Assembly (NCBI GenBank): GCA_016182365.1
Contig: JACOXO010000014.1
Coordinates: 2,294 to 66,293 of the forward strand
Reading direction: 5' to 3'
From: Candidatus Gottesmanbacteria bacterium
GTDB lineage: Bacteria > Patescibacteriota > Microgenomatia > JACOXO01
Length of the DNA stretch: 64,000 nt
Position 1 is the first letter of the stretch, and each line of letters opens with the position of its first letter. Positions 59,930 to 64,000 of the stretch are shown here, piece by piece. Below the pieces are notes generated by a model. That model saw only the letters and a list, made by a program, of their open reading frames with translations, was not told the DNA's origin and did no database searches. Made by a program: the position numbers and the translations under genes.

Positions 59930-61309
59930 ATGATAGACTTTTCAAATTATCAGTCAGTTTTCTCCTGGAGATATGGGTCCAGTGAAATGCGCAAACTTTT
60001 AAGCCTTGAGCACAGGTTTAAAACCTGGAGAAAAATATGGGTTGGTCTTGCCAAAGCCCAATGGGAGAAGGGGATTATCAAAAAAAGTGAGTATGAAGAT
60101 TTAAAAAAACAGCAGAATAATATTGATTTAGAAAAAATATTTGAAATTGAAAAAATAACAAAACATGACGTTGTTGCAGCAATAAGAGAGTTTGCAGGTA
60201 AGGCAAAAAAAAGTGGAGGAAAAATTCATTTAGGTTTAACTAGCATGGATGTTGTTGATAATGGTGATGTATTAATTGCCAAACAAGCACTTTCAATCAT
60301 TCAGGATAAAATAATCAGTTTATTAAAAGAGTTTAATAAGCAGATTAAAAAATATCATGATTTTGTCTGTATTGGCTTTACCCATCTTCAGCCGGCAGAG
60401 CCAACAACTGTTGGCTATAGAATCAGTTTTTACGCCCAGGATTTACTGATAGATTTAGAGTTTTTAAATTTTATAAAAATTATTTATAAAGGTAAGGGAA
60501 TAAAGGGGGCTGTAGGCACTGGCGCTAGTTTTAAAAGATTAACAACTGATTCAATATCACTTGAAAGCAAGGTTATGAAACAGTTGGGGATAGATTCAGT
60601 TGATGTTTCAAGTCAGGTGGTAACTAGAAAATTTGATTTTCTAATATTGACTTTTTTAGCCTCAGTTTCCTCGTCAGTTTCTAAGTTTGCTGAAGATCTT
60701 AGAATTCTCCAATCCCCTACCATAGGGGAGTGGAGTGAGCCTTTTGGGAAAACTCAGGTAGGATCATCAGCCATGCCATTTAAGAAAAATCCAGTAAATA
60801 GTGAGAAAATTTGTTCACTAGCAAGATACGTCGCACAATTACCAAACGTTGTTTTACAAAATGCAACGCTTTCTCATTTAGAAAGGACTCTTGATGATTC
60901 AGCCAATAGAAGGATAGTTGTCCCTGAGTCCTTCCTGGCAGTTGATGAAATTTTAGATACGGCAATTAAAATCGCTTCGGGAATGATTATAAACACAAAA
61001 AATATACAGAAGAATTTAAATACCTATGCTCCGTTTTCAGCTATAGAAATAATTATTGCCGAGGTTGTTAAAAAAGGGGCAGATAGACAAAAGGTGCATG
61101 AGGAAATAAGGGTAATATCCATGCAAGCGTGGGATGCAATAAATCAGGGTAGGGACAATCCAATCAAAATGTTAATTGAAGAGAATAAGTATATAAGGAA
61201 GTATTTAAAAAAGGAGGAGATTAGAAAGCTTAATGATGTAAAGGGGCATATTGGTGATGTTTCAGTTAGATCCTTAAGGATTGCAAATAAAATTGACAAG
61301 TTAACATGA
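59930..61309 (+). CDS. purB: Adenylosuccinate lyase
   Basis: Fumarate-lyase signature GSSAMPFKKNPVNSE; 459 aa. Confidence 0.9.
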   Translation: MIDFSNYQSVFSWRYGSSEMRKLLSLEHRFKTWRKIWVGLAKAQWEKGIIKKSEYEDLKKQQNNIDLEKIFEIEKITKHDVVAAIREFAGKAKKSGGKIHLGLTSMDVVDNGDVLIAKQALSIIQDKIISLLKEFNKQIKKYHDFVCIGFTHLQPAEPTTVGYRISFYAQDLLIDLEFLNFIKIIYKGKGIKGAVGTGASFKRLTTDSISLESKVMKQLGIDSVDVSSQVVTRKFDFLILTFLASVSSSVSKFAEDLRILQSPTIGEWSEPFGKTQVGSSAMPFKKNPVNSEKICSLARYVAQLPNVVLQNATLSHLERTLDDSANRRIVVPESFLAVDEILDTAIKIASGMIINTKNIQKNLNTYAPFSAIEIIIAEVVKKGADRQKVHEEIRVISMQAWDAINQGRDNPIKMLIEENKYIRKYLKKEEIRKLNDVKGHIGDVSVRSLRIANKIDKLT

Positions 61310-62430
61310 AAAAAATTGGAATTGTTGGTGGTGGGCAGCTGGGAAAAATGATCACTCAGGAAGCTAAAAAAATGGGGATGAGTGTGTATGTTATTGACCC
61401 TACAGAAAAATCACCAGCTGGGCAAATAGCTGATTATCAGATTGTTGCAGATTACAAAGATGAAAAGGCAATTAAAAAGTTAGGGTCAATGGTTGACGTT
61501 TTGACATTTGAAATTGAGCTGGCAAATAGCAAAGTTCTGGAAGATTTGCAAAAAAAAGGAGTTTCAGTGCACCCCTCCCCAAAGACTCTGGATATTATTA
61601 AAGATAAGTTAAAGCAAAAACAATTTTTAAGAAAAGCCGGGATTCCTGTTGCTGATTTTGTACAAGTTGAAAGTGAGAAAGATATTTTAAATGTAGTTAA
61701 AAAGTTTAAATATCCAGTTCTTTTAAAAGCCAGGTTTGATGCTTACGACGGTAGAGGAAATGCAGTTATATATAATCAAAGGGATATTAAAAAGGGTTTA
61801 ACAAAGCTGAAAGGGAGAAAATTATATATTGAAAAGTTTGTTCCTTTTAAAAAGGAACTAGCTGTAATGGTTGTCAGAAGCACTAAAGGAGAAATTGCAG
61901 TCTATCCGGTTGTTGAGACGATTCATAGAGATAATATTTGTCATATCGTAAAAGTACCTGCTCCAGTTCCTAGCGAGGTATCTAAAAAAGCGCAAAGACT
62001 CGCACAAAAAACAATGAAATACTTAAGAGGAGCAGGAGTTTTTGGAATTGAAATGTTCTATAGCCAAAAAGGCGAAGTTTTTATAAATGAAATTGCTCCT
62101 CGTGTGCATAACTCCGGACATTATTCAATCGAAGCTTCAATTACTTCTCAATTTGAGCAGCACCTGCGGGCAATTACCGGTCTTCCGTTAGGATCGACCA
62201 AATTAAAAGTTCCAGCCTCAGTTATGATCAATATTTTAGGCAATAGACAGGGAGAGGCAAAAGTAAATGGACTTGAAAAGGCTTTAAAAATTGAAGGAGT
62301 ATCTGTACATATTTATGGAAAAAAAGAAACCCGCCCCGAGCGTAAAATGGGCCATATCACTGTCATTGATGAAACAATCGATAAAGCCTATAAAAAAGCA
62401 ATTGCCGCGAGAAGGTATATATCAATATGA
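61306..62430 (+). CDS. purK: N5-carboxyaminoimidazole ribonucleotide synthase (ATP-grasp)
   Basis: MKKIGIVGGGQLGKM N-terminus and ATP-grasp layout; 374 aa; precedes purE-type mutase at window end. Confidence 0.8.
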   Translation: MKKIGIVGGGQLGKMITQEAKKMGMSVYVIDPTEKSPAGQIADYQIVADYKDEKAIKKLGSMVDVLTFEIELANSKVLEDLQKKGVSVHPSPKTLDIIKDKLKQKQFLRKAGIPVADFVQVESEKDILNVVKKFKYPVLLKARFDAYDGRGNAVIYNQRDIKKGLTKLKGRKLYIEKFVPFKKELAVMVVRSTKGEIAVYPVVETIHRDNICHIVKVPAPVPSEVSKKAQRLAQKTMKYLRGAGVFGIEMFYSQKGEVFINEIAPRVHNSGHYSIEASITSQFEQHLRAITGLPLGSTKLKVPASVMINILGNRQGEAKVNGLEKALKIEGVSVHIYGKKETRPERKMGHITVIDETIDKAYKKAIAARRYISI

Positions 62431-63533
62431 AAAAAAATAAAATTACCTATAAATCTTCTGGTGTTAATTATTCAGTTATAGATCCTCTAAAAATAATCGC
62501 TCAAAAACAAGCTCAAGTGACAGCGAGAAAATTTCAAGAGCCATTTTTGACACCATATGAGAAAAGTAGGGGTGAATCAGCTTACTTGATGGAATATAAA
62601 GACTGTTATATAGCTACAGTAATTGAATGTTTAGGAACTAAAAATCTGATTGCTGAAGAAATGAGAAAAATTACTGGTAAAACGTATTATGACAGTATTG
62701 CTCAAGATGCAGTTGCAATGATAGTTAACGATCTCATAACAACCGGTGCACAACCATTTGTTGTTAATGCCTATTGGTCAGTTGGAAATTCAGATTGGTT
62801 TTCAGATTCAGATAGAATGAAAGACTTAACAAAGGGTTGGGCTGATGCCTGTATGAAATCTGGAGCGGTTTGGGGTGGAGGTGAGACACCAACGCTTTCA
62901 GGTATTAATATGGAAAATACTATTAATTTAGCAGGTAGTGGAGTAGGTATAATTAAACCCAAACAAAAATTGGTTGATGCAGACAATCTTCAAGAGAATG
63001 ATGCAATAATACTTTTAGAAAGCAGCGGTGTTCACGCTAATGGTATAAGTTTGACAAGAAAATTAGCTAAAAAACTTAAAAAAGGTTATAAAACTAAATT
63101 ACCCAGTAATAGAATGTACGGAGAAGCTCTATTAACTCCAACAACTTTATATGTGGAGTGTATAAAAAAACTTTTAGAAATGGTAAAGATACATTATTTA
63201 GTTAATATTACTGGACATGGATTTAAAAAATTAATGAGGGCTAAACCCAAATTTAGTTATATAATTACTTCTCTATCTAAAACTCCAGAAGTCTTTACTT
63301 TTATTCAAAATAATTCCGGTCTTTTAGACAAAGAAATGTATGAAACTTTTAATATGGGAGCTGGATTTGCTGTATATGTTTCTAAAAATGACGTAAAAAA
63401 AGTTATTACTATTGCCAAGTCGTGTAAAATACGAGCATGGGAGGCTGGATTTATAAAATCAGGTAAAAAACAGGTCGAAATAAAACCTAGAAATATTATT
63501 TTTGAGAGTGATTCATTAAAAGTCAGATTATGA
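62427..63533 (+). CDS. purM: AIR synthetase (phosphoribosylformylglycinamidine cyclo-ligase)
   Basis: PurM N-domain motif [17 protein letters not shown] and C-domain; 368 aa. Confidence 0.85.
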   Translation: MKKNKITYKSSGVNYSVIDPLKIIAQKQAQVTARKFQEPFLTPYEKSRGESAYLMEYKDCYIATVIECLGTKNLIAEEMRKITGKTYYDSIAQDAVAMIVNDLITTGAQPFVVNAYWSVGNSDWFSDSDRMKDLTKGWADACMKSGAVWGGGETPTLSGINMENTINLAGSGVGIIKPKQKLVDADNLQENDAIILLESSGVHANGISLTRKLAKKLKKGYKTKLPSNRMYGEALLTPTTLYVECIKKLLEMVKIHYLVNITGHGFKKLMRAKPKFSYIITSLSKTPEVFTFIQNNSGLLDKEMYETFNMGAGFAVYVSKNDVKKVITIAKSCKIRAWEAGFIKSGKKQVEIKPRNIIFESDSLKVRL

Positions 63534-64000
63534 AAAATAAAAATCCACAAGTTGGGATAATTATGGGATCAGATTCTGATCTTCCTGTAATGCAGGATGC
63601 GGCAAAAGTGCTGGATGAGTTTAATGTTTCTTACGAACTGACAATTGTTTCGGCGCATAGAACACCGCAGCGGATGTTTGAGTACGCAAAAACTGCTCAT
63701 GGCAGGGGAATAAAAGTGATAATTGCTGGTGCAGGTGGAGCTGCTCATTTGCCGGGAATGACTGCTTCACTTACTCCACTTCCTGTTATTGGAGTTCCTA
63801 TAAAAACTTCAATACTATTAGGAGTTGATTCTCTTTATTCAATTGTACAAATGCCAAAAGGAGTGCCTGTTGCCACAGTTGCAATTAATAATGCAACCAA
63901 TGCAGCCCTTCTTGCTGTTAAAATTCTAGCCACATCAGATACAAAAATACTTGAGAATGTTAAAAAGTATCATAGAAAGACGCAGATAGAAGTTGAAAAA
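63530..64000 (+). CDS. purE: N5-CAIR mutase PurE (5' part; continues beyond window)
   Basis: [28 protein letters not shown]...[14 protein letters not shown]; ATG overlaps the purM stop (ATGA); ORF open at window end. Confidence 0.85.
   Translation, partial: MKNKNPQVGIIMGSDSDLPVMQDAAKVLDEFNVSYELTIVSAHRTPQRMFEYAKTAHGRGIKVIIAGAGGAAHLPGMTASLTPLPVIGVPIKTSILLGVDSLYSIVQMPKGVPVATVAINNATNAALLAVKILATSDTKILENVKKYHRKTQIEVEK

Overview
This is a low-GC (about 35%) bacterial chromosomal segment, gene-dense and mostly plus-strand housekeeping operons. Coordinates come from hand-counting the printed lines and may be off by a few bases. The lineage is an inference only: euk-like divergent IleRS, truncated ATP-synthase delta, tRNAs without encoded CCA, stand-alone GIY-YIG genes and a large glycosyltransferase cluster fit a Patescibacteria/CPR-like or similar small-genome Gram-positive-type organism.

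Gene order:
- ftsA (3' part), ftsZ, a divergent ileS, ftsW/rodA, rplU, rpmA, parB; convergent lepB.
- tRNA-Val next to a degraded GIY-YIG gene flanked by GC-rich hairpins.
- An MBL-fold hydrolase, a SAM-MTase and an 899-aa secreted BNR-propeller/lipase fusion protein.
- An 11.5-kb surface-glycan cluster: 4 GT2/GT1 pairs, a cupin epimerase, an SDR epimerase, an MTase, two GT-C-like polytopic proteins and a Wzy/WaaL-like protein.
- A small tRNA-Thr to tRNA-Asp islet: PRTase, MTase, intact GIY-YIG, LysM protein.
- polX, lemA-htpX, an orphan 203-aa gene, clpB preceded by a CIRCE-like box, murT-gatD, gatCAB, dnaE.
- The complete F1Fo ATP-synthase operon (atpI-like, B, E, F, short H, A, G, D, C).
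- A secreted beta-propeller protein, a CBS protein, then pyrG with a structured leader followed directly by a purine operon: purF, a purN-purD fusion, an extended purL, purQ, purB, purK, purM, purE (partial).

The most unusual non-genic signal is a family of short GC-rich palindromes with CCCGAC/GTCGGG arms (8+ copies) in intergenic spacers. These repeatedly abut GIY-YIG nuclease genes. No CRISPR array, integrase or transposase was seen.
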